The notes: generated by a model from the letters alone, not told the origin. Counted from the first letter of the stretch, positions 7,746 to 17,381 are shown. The stretch: 32,000 nucleotides of DNA from Candidatus Altimarinota bacterium (GCA_041659405.1 JBAZYK010000012.1:1-32000), one strand, 5' to 3'. Made by a program: numbers and translations.

Positions 7746-10286
7746 CTACCCCTGCACCACAAAGTTCACCAGTCTGCCGGGGACGTAAATTTCTTTCAGC
7801 ACTTTTTGGCCTTCCAGATATTTGCCAACGTTTTCGGCTTTGCGGGCGGCTTCCAGAATATTTTCTTTGCTTTCTGTGGCGGCAAGTTGGATCTGTCCGC
7901 GCAATTTTCCATTTACTTGAATTGGCAGAGTGAGCATATTTTCGGCAATCATTCCAGGATTATATTTTGGCCAGCTTTGGTCAAAAATGCTGGATTTTTG
8001 GCCGTCCGTTTTTGCCGATTTGTCCTTACCTGATTTACCCGCCCCGTCGTGACCCGTTTTGCCCGCCCCCGCACTTCCAATCTGCTCCCAAATTTCTTCG
8101 GCCAGATGAGGCGCAAGTGGCGCAATCAAGGCCGTAATCGCCTTTTTACTTTCCGGATCAAGACTCATTTTGCCAACATTATTTACAAATTGCATCAACG
8201 CGGAAATCGCCGTGTTAAAGTGGAATTTTTCAATATCTTCAGTAACTTTTTTGATTGTGCGATGAACATTTCGCGCCAAAGTTTCTTTGTCCGCGCTGCT
8301 GACCGGCTGCGAGGATTTCGCCGCGTCCTGCTGTCCGTTCGCTTGTCCGCCCTCGCCCGTCATCATCAAATAAAATTTCTCCACAAAACGGGCAATACCG
8401 GTAATGCCTTTATCATTCCAGTCGCCGCCATCTACAAAAGGTCCCATAAACATCAGATACATGCGAAAAACATCACTTCCATATTTTTCCACAAACTGGT
8501 CCGGGCTGACCACGTTGCCCTTAGATTTACTCATTTTGGCGCCATCTTTGGTGATAAGTCCCTGATGCACAAGTCTCTTAAAAGGCTCGCTTTTACGATC
8601 ACCAACCAAAACTTTATGTGCAAAACGGGCATACAATAAATGCATGCAGGCATGTTCCGGGCCACCGATGTACATGTCCACAGGAAGCCATTTTTCAACC
8701 ATTTTTGGATCAAAAGCTTTTTTCTCTCTATTTTCGGAAGGGTACCTTAAAAAATACCAGCTGCTATCCACAAAAGTGTCCATTGTATCCACTTCACGCT
8801 CGGCTTTTCCTCCACATTTTGGACATTTCGTTTTTAAAAAACTCGGCAGACTTGCCAAAGGGGATTTGCCTTTTGGCTTATAATCAGCGATTTTTTCGGG
8901 AAGCAAGACCGGCAAATCTTTTTCCGGAACCGGAACATCTCCACATTTTTCACAAATAATCATTGGAATCGGCGCGCCCCAATAACGCTGACGACTAATC
9001 AGCCAGTTACGTAATTTATAATTGATCACAAACTTACCGGCATTTAATTTAACCAATTTTTCGGTGATTTTTTGGCGAGCCTGAACCGAAGTTAAGCCAT
9101 CAAACTCCGCGGAATTATAAAGAATTCCATCACCCGTAAAACATTCTTCCAGATCACGAATTTTACTGTCATCACTGCCATCCGCGGGCTTGATTGTCGT
9201 TTTTAAAGCAATTTTATATTTCTTGGCAAATTTGAAATCACGGACATCGTGCGCATCACCAAAAACCGCACCGGTTCCATAATGCATCAACACAAAATCA
9301 CCCAGCCAAACCGGAATTAAATCGCCATTGATCGGATTGATAACATAAGTTCCGGTTGGAACACCCGTTTTTTCGCGATCCTCCGCGGTACGTTCAATAT
9401 CCGTTTCTTTACGGGCTTTGTCCATGTATTCCTTGGCCTTTTTCAGATTTTTCGCTGTGGTAATTTCCAAAACAAGCGGATGTTCCGGCGCTAAAACCAA
9501 AAATGCCGCGCTAAACAAAGTGTCTACACGTGTCGTAAAAATCGAAACCTGTTTATCCAGTTTCTGGCCTTTCTCATCAGCCAATTCAAAAGTTACTTCG
9601 GTTCCTTCACTGCGGCCGATCCAATTTTGCTGCATCAGCTTGGTCTTTCCGGGCCAGTCCAGGGAATCAAACTTCAATAAATCTTCGGCATAATCACGAA
9701 TATTAAAGAACCACTGTGTCAGATCTTTTTTAGTAACTTCGGTCTTGCAGCGCTCACAATGGCCATCTTCAACCTGTTCATTGGCCAAAACCGTTTTGCA
9801 GGAAGGACACCAGTTTACCGGCGCCTTTTTGCGATAGGCCAGCCCCATTTTATACATTTCCAAAAACACCCATTGAGTCCATTTGTAATATTCAGGATGG
9901 CTTGTTACAACCTCTTTTTCCCAGTCAAACATTGTTCCCATGGCCCTAAGCTGCATTCGCATATATTCCACATTTTTTTCGGTTGTTTCTCGTGGAGGAG
10001 CCCCCGTTTTAATGGCATAGTTTTCCGCAGGTAATCCAAAACTATCAAAACCAATCGGTTCAAACACATTAAACCCCTTCATGCGCATGTAGCGGCCCCA
10101 GGAATCGGCCGGAGCATAATTGTACCAGTGCCCAATATGCAATTTATCGCCGGAAGGATAAGGAAACATCACCAAATTATAATATTTTGGTTTGGATGAA
10201 TCTTTAAGATCTGTATGATTAAATTTGGCTTTTGCCCAATATTTTTGCCACTTTTCTTCAGTCTCGCGGGGTTGATAAATAGGCAT
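7746..10286 (-). CDS. leuS: Leucyl-tRNA synthetase
   Basis: 846 aa with HIGH motif (DKLHIGHW), KMSKS motif (DGAKMSKSKGN), a CP1-like editing region and Cys4 zinc-like segments. Confidence 0.98.
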   Translation of the reverse strand: MPIYQPRETEEKWQKYWAKAKFNHTDLKDSSKPKYYNLVMFPYPSGDKLHIGHWYNYAPADSWGRYMRMKGFNVFEPIGFDSFGLPAENYAIKTGAPPRETTEKNVEYMRMQLRAMGTMFDWEKEVVTSHPEYYKWTQWVFLEMYKMGLAYRKKAPVNWCPSCKTVLANEQVEDGHCERCKTEVTKKDLTQWFFNIRDYAEDLLKFDSLDWPGKTKLMQQNWIGRSEGTEVTFELADEKGQKLDKQVSIFTTRVDTLFSAAFLVLAPEHPLVLEITTAKNLKKAKEYMDKARKETDIERTAEDREKTGVPTGTYVINPINGDLIPVWLGDFVLMHYGTGAVFGDAHDVRDFKFAKKYKIALKTTIKPADGSDDSKIRDLEECFTGDGILYNSAEFDGLTSVQARQKITEKLVKLNAGKFVINYKLRNWLISRQRYWGAPIPMIICEKCGDVPVPEKDLPVLLPEKIADYKPKGKSPLASLPSFLKTKCPKCGGKAEREVDTMDTFVDSSWYFLRYPSENREKKAFDPKMVEKWLPVDMYIGGPEHACMHLLYARFAHKVLVGDRKSEPFKRLVHQGLITKDGAKMSKSKGNVVSPDQFVEKYGSDVFRMYLMFMGPFVDGGDWNDKGITGIARFVEKFYLMMTGEGGQANGQQDAAKSSQPVSSADKETLARNVHRTIKKVTEDIEKFHFNTAISALMQFVNNVGKMSLDPESKKAITALIAPLAPHLAEEIWEQIGSAGAGKTGHDGAGKSGKDKSAKTDGQKSSIFDQSWPKYNPGMIAENMLTLPIQVNGKLRGQIQLAATESKENILEAARKAENVGKYLEGQKVLKEIYVPGRLVNFVVQG

Positions 10287-10355
10287 ACGAATAAATTTAA
10301 AGAAGAGCCGCTCAATATTCTATCGATAGCTCCAACAAAAAACAAGCTGCCACCC

Positions 10356-10387
10356 AACCTTTGAGGTTCCCTACAACCTCAAAGGTT
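10356..10387 (-). terminator. Perfect 13-bp inverted repeat between the DUF3307-like gene and leuS; possible terminator or processing hairpin
   Basis: AACCTTTGAGGTT-CCCTAC-AACCTCAAAGGTT. No immediate U-tract on the minus strand, so the function is uncertain. Confidence 0.4.
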
Positions 10388-10940
10388 AAACGCGGCTTAA
10401 AAGGAAAAAATAGAAAATTGAAAAGGCTATAAAACGTATCAACATCGCTACATAATCAAATTCCATATTGGTATCCTGTTCTTTTTGGCGATGAAATTGA
10501 AATTTCAAAATTGAATAGAAAAAAGTCACAACAACACTAAAAATCCAGTAAATCATCATACCTACATTGGCATAAACCGGGATTTGGCTTTTCGCAGTTT
10601 CCGCTCCGCCAAACTCTTCCAGAACAAACGCGCCCAGTAATATCACAATCAAATGCAATTCCTGATCCGCCAAAAAAATCTTCACATATCTTTTATCTCC
10701 TTTTTCAAAACGAATTTTTAGTGAATCGATTAAGAAATGAGAAATTGCAATAACCGTTACTACAATTGGAAATTGGGGTTTGGATAAAAACGGAAAAAGC
10801 AGTAATAAACTTGTCACCCAATGAATAAAAACGTGCATGAAGACACCTTGCCAGTGCTTTTTCTTCCAGGTAACCAGTTTGTTTGGTTGGAAGACAAAAT
10901 CCGCAAGCAGATGGGCCAGAAGTAAATAAAGTAGAATCAT
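10386..10940 (-). CDS. DUF3307-like integral membrane protein
   Basis: LLLAHLLADFVFQPNKLVTWKKKH…HFLIDSLKI motif pattern and multiple hydrophobic segments. An upstream TTG start at 10949 is also possible. Confidence 0.7.
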   Translation of the reverse strand: MILLYLLLAHLLADFVFQPNKLVTWKKKHWQGVFMHVFIHWVTSLLLLFPFLSKPQFPIVVTVIAISHFLIDSLKIRFEKGDKRYVKIFLADQELHLIVILLGAFVLEEFGGAETAKSQIPVYANVGMMIYWIFSVVVTFFYSILKFQFHRQKEQDTNMEFDYVAMLIRFIAFSIFYFFLLSRV

Positions 10941-10972
10941 AATCAGCAAAACAGAAAATAGGAAAAACGGAA

Positions 10973-11416
10973 TTAATCGGATTTAAGGTTAATTTTGAGT
11001 CGTTTCAGAAATTCACTGCTGATGCGGCTGGCCATATTAGGGTTGGAAGCCACCAGCTTAATAAAGTCGTCTTTTCGTAAAACGAAAACTTCGCTTTCTT
11101 CCATGGCCTGCGCCGTAGCATTGCGGGGTTTCTCGGAAATAATGGCCATTTCTCCAAAAAAATCATTATTACTTAAAGTTGCAACGTCAACCTCTTCATC
11201 CGGGGTTGGAGCTTCATGGAAAATGCGCACTACGCCTCTTTTAATAATAAACACGGAATCTCCGGGATCATTTTCACGGAAGATAACCTGCTTGGCTGGA
11301 AAATATTGAAGCGTGATTTGTTTGATGATCTCGCGATGATCTTCTTCGTTAAGTTCTTCCAGTAAAGGAAACTTCTTTAATATTGGTAAAATTGAGATTG
11401 TTGATTCTTCTGTCAT
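10973..11416 (-). CDS. Stand-alone cyclic nucleotide-binding (Crp/PKA-type) domain protein
   Basis: VIFRENDPGDSVFIIKRGVVRIFH…NNDFFGEMAIISEKPRNATAQA matches the phosphate-binding cassette pattern. Start placed at MTEESTIS (11416) rather than 11521. Confidence 0.88.
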   Translation of the reverse strand: MTEESTISILPILKKFPLLEELNEEDHREIIKQITLQYFPAKQVIFRENDPGDSVFIIKRGVVRIFHEAPTPDEEVDVATLSNNDFFGEMAIISEKPRNATAQAMEESEVFVLRKDDFIKLVASNPNMASRISSEFLKRLKINLKSD

Positions 11417-11508
11417 TTTTGAAGTGATTAAATAGTAAATCTTCAAATTATAACACAATCCCAAATAAATGCAAGTATTTAGACAGTATTGGTCTTGGAA
11501 TAAAGGTA

Positions 11509-11537
11509 TTGACATTTCCAATAGAATGTTTTAGAAT
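11509..11537 (+). promoter_or_regulatory. Sigma70-like promoter
   Basis: TTGACA (11509-11514), 17-nt spacer, TAGAAT (11532-11537), 41 nt upstream of the ATG at 11579. Confidence 0.65.
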
Positions 11538-11578
11538 GATTCGAATACATTGAAATTAAATAACAAAAACCAATACCA

Positions 11579-11872
11579 ATGCTCAAGTACATCAAACAAA
11601 ACAAGAATATTATCGTAGTGGCAGTCGCTCTGTTTATGATTTCCATGTCGACTTTAATGTTTTTTCTTGGAGCAAATAATGACTTACATCAGAGTGAATA
11701 CAAGACTGATGTAATTAATGTTGAAACAACAAATACTCAAACTCATGAGCCAAAGACGCAAGAAAAAGCTACTCCGGCTGTAAAGGCGGAGCCAAGCAAC
11801 AAGCAAATCAAGAACGCTCCAAATAAAGCCGTAACCAGGCTGATGGCGGAAAAACCTGCGGATAGCCTCTAG
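11579..11872 (+). CDS. Small single-pass membrane protein, hypothetical
   Basis: 97 aa with an N-terminal TM (NIIVVAVALFMISMSTLMFFLG) and a hydrophilic tail. Preceded by a good promoter. Confidence 0.6.
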   Translation: MLKYIKQNKNIIVVAVALFMISMSTLMFFLGANNDLHQSEYKTDVINVETTNTQTHEPKTQEKATPAVKAEPSNKQIKNAPNKAVTRLMAEKPADSL

Positions 11873-11917
11873 TAATACAAATTAACCGGCGATTCATAAA
11901 TTCGCGCGCTAATTTGC

Positions 11918-12847
11918 TTATTCCTGTTTCTCACGCGCGCTGATTTCCGGTGCGTTGGTCAATTTTAGAAATGTAAAAATCCAGACCGAGGAAGAAAAAA
12001 CCGAGACAACTGCGCCAAGATATGAAGCAAAAATCAAAGCAATAAATCCAACCACGCCTCCAATCACAAAGCCAAAGAAAGGCAAACTTGAAGCTGCGAT
12101 AAAATAAATAACGACCAAAATAGCCATTGGAACCAGCAGTACAAAGATAATCTGCAGTACAATGCGCACGGCAATCACCATCATCAAAAAAGTAATCATG
12201 ATCGAAGTATCCCAGTGCTTGGCAACCAAAGAGGCGCTTTTGGCCATAGCTTCAGTGATTTTGCAGTCATCGATAACCAGGAAATAGTTGGTAAAGCTGA
12301 AGAAAAAAGTCAAAACAAGGCTTACAACCAAAATAATCAGGATAATTGGGAGCAAAGTTTCAAAGGCCGGCCAGCCAAGCAGCCTTAACGCAATGCCCGC
12401 TTCCCCCAAAATCGAAAATAAACTAAAAGAACGGACGATCAATGAGTAATTAAAAAGAGGCAAAAAATTCATCAGGCCATGACGAATTCCATCTTTCATT
12501 CTGACATCCTGTTGATTCTTTTTTCTGGCAATAAGCTGGATAGTGGCGCCTTCAATGAATGGTGGCAACAAAAAATACAACAGCCCATATATAATCAGCA
12601 CTATTAACAAAGGGATAATTAGGTCTTTATGCGCTTCCGCAATACTAAAAGCTTCTCGAAGAACGGTTGTTAAAAAGTTGGAACTGGAATCCTCAAAAAA
12701 CGACTTAAATGAGAGAAATTGGTAGAGGATATAGCCAACTCCAAAGATTGTGCCCAAAAATGAAGGGATAAAGGCATACCAAACGATCATTTTTTTGTTT
12801 TCCTGTGTAAAAAGCCAAGCTTCGCCGATGATCTGTCGATAATTCAT
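11918..12847 (-). CDS. Multi-pass membrane protein, hypothetical
   Basis: 309 aa with several long hydrophobic segments. Confidence 0.75.
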   Translation of the reverse strand: MNYRQIIGEAWLFTQENKKMIVWYAFIPSFLGTIFGVGYILYQFLSFKSFFEDSSSNFLTTVLREAFSIAEAHKDLIIPLLIVLIIYGLLYFLLPPFIEGATIQLIARKKNQQDVRMKDGIRHGLMNFLPLFNYSLIVRSFSLFSILGEAGIALRLLGWPAFETLLPIILIILVVSLVLTFFFSFTNYFLVIDDCKITEAMAKSASLVAKHWDTSIMITFLMMVIAVRIVLQIIFVLLVPMAILVVIYFIAASSLPFFGFVIGGVVGFIALIFASYLGAVVSVFSSSVWIFTFLKLTNAPEISAREKQE

Positions 12848-12999
12848 ACAATAATTGAGAGCTAAAGCACGGAAGTTATAGTATCAAAACGAGATACTCT
12901 TGCCAAGCATGAAAATATTTGATAATTTAGATGTCGGACTTTACTCCTCAAAACTTCCTCAAAGGACAATTTTTATACTTTAAGCATAACCTAAGCCCA

Positions 13000-13263
13000 A
13001 TGAAAAGAGCACAGAAAAAAACTATCATCAAATCTTACGCAATCCACCCAAAAGATACAGGATCCCCACAGGTTCAGGTTGCAGTTTTAACGGAAAGAAT
13101 CAATCAGCTTTCAAAACATCTGGAAGAGCATTCAAAAGACAATCACTCCCGTCGTGGACTTTTGATGATGGTAGGTAAAAGAAGAAAGCTTTTGAATCAC
13201 TTGCGCTTGAACGAAAAGGACAAGTATGAAGAATTGGTAGGAAAACTTTCACTTCGCAAATAA
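13000..13263 (+). CDS. rpsO: 30S ribosomal protein S15
   Basis: [68 protein letters not shown]. The ORF track start at 12931 is probably too early. Confidence 0.97.
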   Translation: MKRAQKKTIIKSYAIHPKDTGSPQVQVAVLTERINQLSKHLEEHSKDNHSRRGLLMMVGKRRKLLNHLRLNEKDKYEELVGKLSLRK

Positions 13264-13351
13264 ATCAGCGCAAAACGCTTTCAACGCGTCTTGCCGCTCT
13301 TTATCCACGCTCCTCGAAAAGCAAAATAGTCACAAGTTACAGGTTCTAGCG

Positions 13352-13368
13352 GATTGCAAAAGGCAATC
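13352..13368 (+). terminator. Short hairpin in the rpsO-pnp intergenic region
   Basis: GATTGC-AAAAG-GCAATC followed by TTTT. A weak stem, possibly attenuating or a processing site. Confidence 0.35.
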
Positions 13369-13433
13369 TTTTAAAACTTGTTACTTGGACAAATGCTCTA
13401 GAGGGGAGATATTTTTTAACCCTCTTTAACAAG

Positions 13434-15632
13434 ATGGAAAACAACAAATTCTCAGTAAACATTGCCGGACGAACTCTAACGATCGAGACCGGTTTTTTGG
13501 CTAACCAATCGCATGGTGCGGTTACAGTTTCTTTGGGTGACACAGTCGTTTTTGCCAGCGCTCAAATGGGCGGAACACGTGAAGGCACCGATTTCTTCCC
13601 AATGATGGTTGATTACGAAGAAAAATATTACGCTGCCGGCAAAATCAAAGGAAGCCGCTTTGTAAAGCGTGAAGGCAGACCTTCCGAACGTGCAGTTTTA
13701 AATTCACGTTTAATTGATCGTCCGATCCGTCCGCTCTTTCCAAAGGGCATGACTAACGACGTACAGCTTATTTGTACTGTTCTTTCCGCTGATTTGGAAG
13801 TTGAACCGGCTACAACGGCTTTAATTGCCGCTTCTGCCGCTTTAAGTATTTCCGGAATGCCTTTTAGTGGTCCGGTTGCTGCTGTTCGCATGGGATTGAT
13901 TGTTAAAGATGGAAAAGAAGAACTGATTATCAATCCAACTTATAAACAAATTGAAGAGGGAAGACTGGATTTGGTGGTTGCAGGTACATTGGAAGCTATT
14001 ACCATGGTGGAAGCAGCTTCAAGTGAAGTTTCCGAAGACATCATGCTCAAGGCTCTTGAAATGGCTCATATCGAAATCAAAAAAATCTGTGAATTGCAGA
14101 ATGCCTTTAAGGAATTTTACAAAAAGCCGGCTCGCGAACCAAGTATTGTGGTAATGCCCGACGAAGTAAAAAATGCTGTTGCAAGCGTTATTACCAAAGA
14201 AATGCTGGATACGATTTCCGGCAAAACCAAAGGTGAAGTTAAAGAAAAAATTCACGTGTTTGAAGACATGCTCAAAGAAAAATATAATGAGCAAATAAAG
14301 GCCGGAACATTCAAGGAAAAAGACCTTATGTTCACGCTTAATGCCATGATGGAAAGCAACATGCGTGAAAATATTTTGAGCAAAGAAATTCGTTTGGATG
14401 GCCGTAAGATTGACGAAATTCGTCCAATCAGCTGTAGCGTTGGCGTGCTTCCAAGACCTCACGGTTCAGCGCTTTTCCAACGTGGTGAAACTCAGGCTCT
14501 TTCAATTACAACACTCGGTTCACCTGGATCCGCGCAAATTGTGGATACAATGGATGAAGATGTAACCAAGCGTTACATGCATCACTATAATTTCCCACCT
14601 TATTCCGTTGGCGAAGTTAAGCCTTTACGTGGACCTTCCCGTCGCGATATTGGACATGGCGATTTGGCTGAAAGATCACTTATTCCGGTTCTTCCAACCA
14701 AAGAAGAATTTCCTTATACAATCTGGGTGGTTTCCGAAATTATGAGCTGTAATGGTTCAAGTTCTATGGCTTCTGTCTGCGGATCTTCACTTTCATTGAT
14801 GCACGCCGGTGTTCCAATCAAAAAACCGGTTGCCGGAATTGCAATGGGACTTATTTCCCGTAATAAAGACATTTCTAAAGGATACAAAATCCTTACAGAC
14901 ATCCAGGGAATGGAAGATTTTGCCGGTGATATGGACTTTAAAGTAACCGGTACAAAAGATGGTATCAACGCGCTTCAAATGGATATTAAAGTTAAAGGAC
15001 TTTCCGTTGAAGTAATGCGTGAAGCTTTGGAGAGAGCCAAAAAAGCCCGTCTGGAAATTTTGCAAAAAATGTTCGAAGTTATGCCTGCTCCAAATAAAGA
15101 GCTTTCCAAATATGCTCCAATGATCATGCATCTTAAGATTAAGCCGGAACTTATTAAGGTTGTTATTGGTAAGGGTGGCGAAACAATTCAAAAAATTACC
15201 GCTGAATGTGACGTTGAAATCGACATTGAACAGGACGGTTTGGTTGTGATTACGGCCAAAGATCAGGAAAGTGGCCAGAAAGCCGTTGATTGGATTAATC
15301 GCTTAACTTACATGCCAAAAGCCGGTGATGAATTTGAAGCAAAGGTTGTCAAGATTATGGATTTTGGTGCTTTTGTTGAGTTCTTGCCCGGGAAAGAAGG
15401 TTTGGTTCACATTTCTCAATTGGCCTGGACACGCGTAAATAAAGTTGAAGATGTAGTTGGAGTGGGAGATATACTTAAAGTGAAACTTATGGAAGTTGAT
15501 GATCAGGGAAGATTCAATCTTTCACACAAACTTACTCTTCCACATGAATTCAAATTGGGAGAACAGGAAAATGGTGGTGGCAATGGGGCAGATGGTAGCG
15601 CTCCAGCGCGAAAACCGTTCATCCGCAGATAA
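13434..15632 (+). CDS. pnp: Polynucleotide phosphorylase
   Basis: 732 aa with duplicated RNase PH domains (GTREGTDFFPMMVDYEEKYYAAGKIKG; FQRGETQALSITTLG), KH (IGKGGETIQKI) and S1 (GAFVEFLPGKEGLVHIS) domains. Conserved rpsO-pnp order. Confidence 0.98.
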   Translation: MENNKFSVNIAGRTLTIETGFLANQSHGAVTVSLGDTVVFASAQMGGTREGTDFFPMMVDYEEKYYAAGKIKGSRFVKREGRPSERAVLNSRLIDRPIRPLFPKGMTNDVQLICTVLSADLEVEPATTALIAASAALSISGMPFSGPVAAVRMGLIVKDGKEELIINPTYKQIEEGRLDLVVAGTLEAITMVEAASSEVSEDIMLKALEMAHIEIKKICELQNAFKEFYKKPAREPSIVVMPDEVKNAVASVITKEMLDTISGKTKGEVKEKIHVFEDMLKEKYNEQIKAGTFKEKDLMFTLNAMMESNMRENILSKEIRLDGRKIDEIRPISCSVGVLPRPHGSALFQRGETQALSITTLGSPGSAQIVDTMDEDVTKRYMHHYNFPPYSVGEVKPLRGPSRRDIGHGDLAERSLIPVLPTKEEFPYTIWVVSEIMSCNGSSSMASVCGSSLSLMHAGVPIKKPVAGIAMGLISRNKDISKGYKILTDIQGMEDFAGDMDFKVTGTKDGINALQMDIKVKGLSVEVMREALERAKKARLEILQKMFEVMPAPNKELSKYAPMIMHLKIKPELIKVVIGKGGETIQKITAECDVEIDIEQDGLVVITAKDQESGQKAVDWINRLTYMPKAGDEFEAKVVKIMDFGAFVEFLPGKEGLVHISQLAWTRVNKVEDVVGVGDILKVKLMEVDDQGRFNLSHKLTLPHEFKLGEQENGGGNGADGSAPARKPFIRR

Positions 15633-15671
15633 TAGCAACACCGGATGTCGGTGTGTCACAAAAAAATAATC

Positions 15672-15709
15672 AAAAATGCTCAATCGAAATTTTCCGGTTG
15701 GGCATTTTT
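15672..15709 (+). terminator. Rho-independent terminator after pnp
   Basis: AAAAATGCTCAATCG … CGGTTGGGCATTTTT, a 15-bp stem with two G·U pairs, ending in a T-run. Confidence 0.8.
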
Positions 15710-15768
15710 GTAATGCGCGCGTTAAAGTTGTATTATATCAATCGTTGTATTCTTTAATTTTCTTCCAC

Positions 15769-16875
15769 ATGAAGAAGTTTCTACTGGTGCCGATAGCTTT
15801 CATGCTTTTCGGTGTTTCTACAGCCTTTGCGGACATAATTCCTGCAGGACAAAAAGCTGTGCCTGCCTGCTCTAATTTTGATATTGCCAGTTTTCCTAAA
15901 CTAAAATTGGTTGCTCAAGAAAAAAACATGCAAGGCGTTAGTACTTATGTTTATGAAGTTAAAAACGGCGATTGTGCAGCTGTTAAAGGCTATAAATTTG
16001 ATCCGGTAAAAGTTTATGCCGTTGATGCCTCCACTACAGTTTCTGCCAACTACAATCCATCCGGTGATGCTTATGCATATCCAACAGATATAGCTGTTGT
16101 TACAAGTCCCGTATATTTGCCAGTTGCTGACTCAACAACTTATATTCGTTATGAATACAAAATTTTAGGTGTGGATAACTCAAACAAAAAACTCAAAATC
16201 GGCTTGGGAGCAAAGGAAACCAATGTATTGGCGACTGATTATATTGTAGCTCCGGTTGCAGGCCTGGATGATCATATTAATTTACCTTCAGTTCCATTTC
16301 TTGATGTGCCTGTTACCTCTATATATTTTGATGCAGTTTCTTACCTTAAAGCTCAAGGCGTTATCTCCGGTTACGCAGACGGCACTTTTAAGCCAAACAA
16401 CCCAATCAACCGCGCCGAATTCACAAAAATCATCATGGGATCATTAAACGATGCAGCTGGAATTGAGGCTTGTTTAAGCAATTATCAAACAAATGGGGGA
16501 TTGGTTGTATTTAGCGACGCAAGAACTACTCTTCAGAATTCAACACCGGCATGGTATTTAAAATATGTTTGCTATGCCAAAAACAAAGGTTTCATTAACG
16601 GCTATCCGGATGGAACTTTTAAACCGGATAATTTTATCAATTTTGTGGAAGCGGCAAAAATTTTAGCAAATGTTTTCCAGCTTGGATCCGATGCGCAGCC
16701 AAATGACCCTTGGTATAAAGTTTATGTCGATGTTTTGGCTTATCAAAAGGCTATTCCTACAACTATTTTAAAGTTTGCTCAACAAATTACTCGTGGCGAA
16801 ATGGCTGAAATGGTCTATCGCCTAAAAACCGGAAATAAAACTAAGGCATCAATGTCTTATTCACAAATGAACTAG
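15769..16875 (+). CDS. Secreted S-layer homology (SLH) domain protein
   Basis: Signal peptide MKKFLLVPIAFMLFGVSTAFA. SLH repeats include AVSYLKAQGVISGYADGTFKPNNPINRAEFTKII and YAKNKGFINGYPDGTFKPDNFINFVEAAKIL, plus a degenerate third. Confidence 0.88.
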   Translation: MKKFLLVPIAFMLFGVSTAFADIIPAGQKAVPACSNFDIASFPKLKLVAQEKNMQGVSTYVYEVKNGDCAAVKGYKFDPVKVYAVDASTTVSANYNPSGDAYAYPTDIAVVTSPVYLPVADSTTYIRYEYKILGVDNSNKKLKIGLGAKETNVLATDYIVAPVAGLDDHINLPSVPFLDVPVTSIYFDAVSYLKAQGVISGYADGTFKPNNPINRAEFTKIIMGSLNDAAGIEACLSNYQTNGGLVVFSDARTTLQNSTPAWYLKYVCYAKNKGFINGYPDGTFKPDNFINFVEAAKILANVFQLGSDAQPNDPWYKVYVDVLAYQKAIPTTILKFAQQITRGEMAEMVYRLKTGNKTKASMSYSQMN

Positions 16876-16905
16876 TCGAACCGGATCTGTTTGATCATAA
16901 CAATG

Positions 16906-17337
16906 CCATACGAACAACAATTTTTTAGCGCACTGGCTCTAACCGTTTCCCTTGAACTTGCTGCCGGCATCATCCTAATCAAGATGGTGCCGACCCTGTT
17001 CGGGATGGGCGAACTGGTGCCTTCCGCAAAAGGCGCTAAGGGCGCAAATAAGGCGCAAGAGGGAACACATGGCTCACAGGCGGCAAAGGCGCGTTGGCTC
17101 AAAATAATTTTTGGCATCATTTTGGCTTCAACATTAACGTTGCCCTACGTCTGGTTTTTGTGGCCATTTTTCTTTCAAGAACGGATCACCTACATTATTA
17201 TCAGCGAACTGTGGGCATGGCTAATGGAAGCCATATTTTACCGATTTTACTTTGACATGAATTGGAAAAAAGCCCTGACATTTTCTTTCATCTTAAACGC
17301 CTGTTCGTTTTTAATTGGGCTGGTGGTGATGTGGTAA
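16906..17337 (+). CDS. Small multi-pass membrane protein, hypothetical
   Basis: MPYEQQFFSALALTVSLE… with hydrophobic segments. ATG at 16906 preferred over 16891. The antisense ORF 16872-17120 is probably spurious. Confidence 0.55.
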   Translation, partial: PYEQQFFSALALTVSLELAAGIILIKMVPTLFGMGELVPSAKGAKGANKAQEGTHGSQAAKARWLKIIFGIILASTLTLPYVWFLWPFFFQERITYIIISELWAWLMEAIFYRFYFDMNWKKALTFSFILNACSFLIGLVVMW

Positions 17338-17346
17338 TTGCATTTT

Positions 17347-17375
17347 TTGCCAAAACCGGCATTTGCATATATATT
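17347..17375 (+). promoter_or_regulatory. Promoter-like sequence immediately upstream of the MntA-like gene
   Basis: TTGCCA (17347-17352), 17-nt spacer, TATATT (17370-17375). The predicted start site coincides with the ATG at 17382. Confidence 0.5.
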
Positions 17376-17381
17376 TAAGCC

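Noticed and set aside
8049-8959. Plus-strand ORFs antisense to leuS, and many similar antisense ORFs over pnp, pdxS and the PLP enzyme
   Set aside because: They overlap confidently assigned conserved genes, lack recognisable domains and have no supporting initiation signals.
10287-10388. T-box riboswitch for leuS, prompted by GGGTGGCAG in the leader
   Set aside because: Only ~100 nt separates the genes, the downstream NACCGCG part of the T-box sequence is missing, and no Stem I/specifier loop was found.
15638-15654. ACACCG-GATGT-CGGTGT hairpin as a second pnp terminator
   Set aside because: Six-bp stem followed by an A-run on the plus strand, not a T-run. The stronger terminator follows at 15672-15709.
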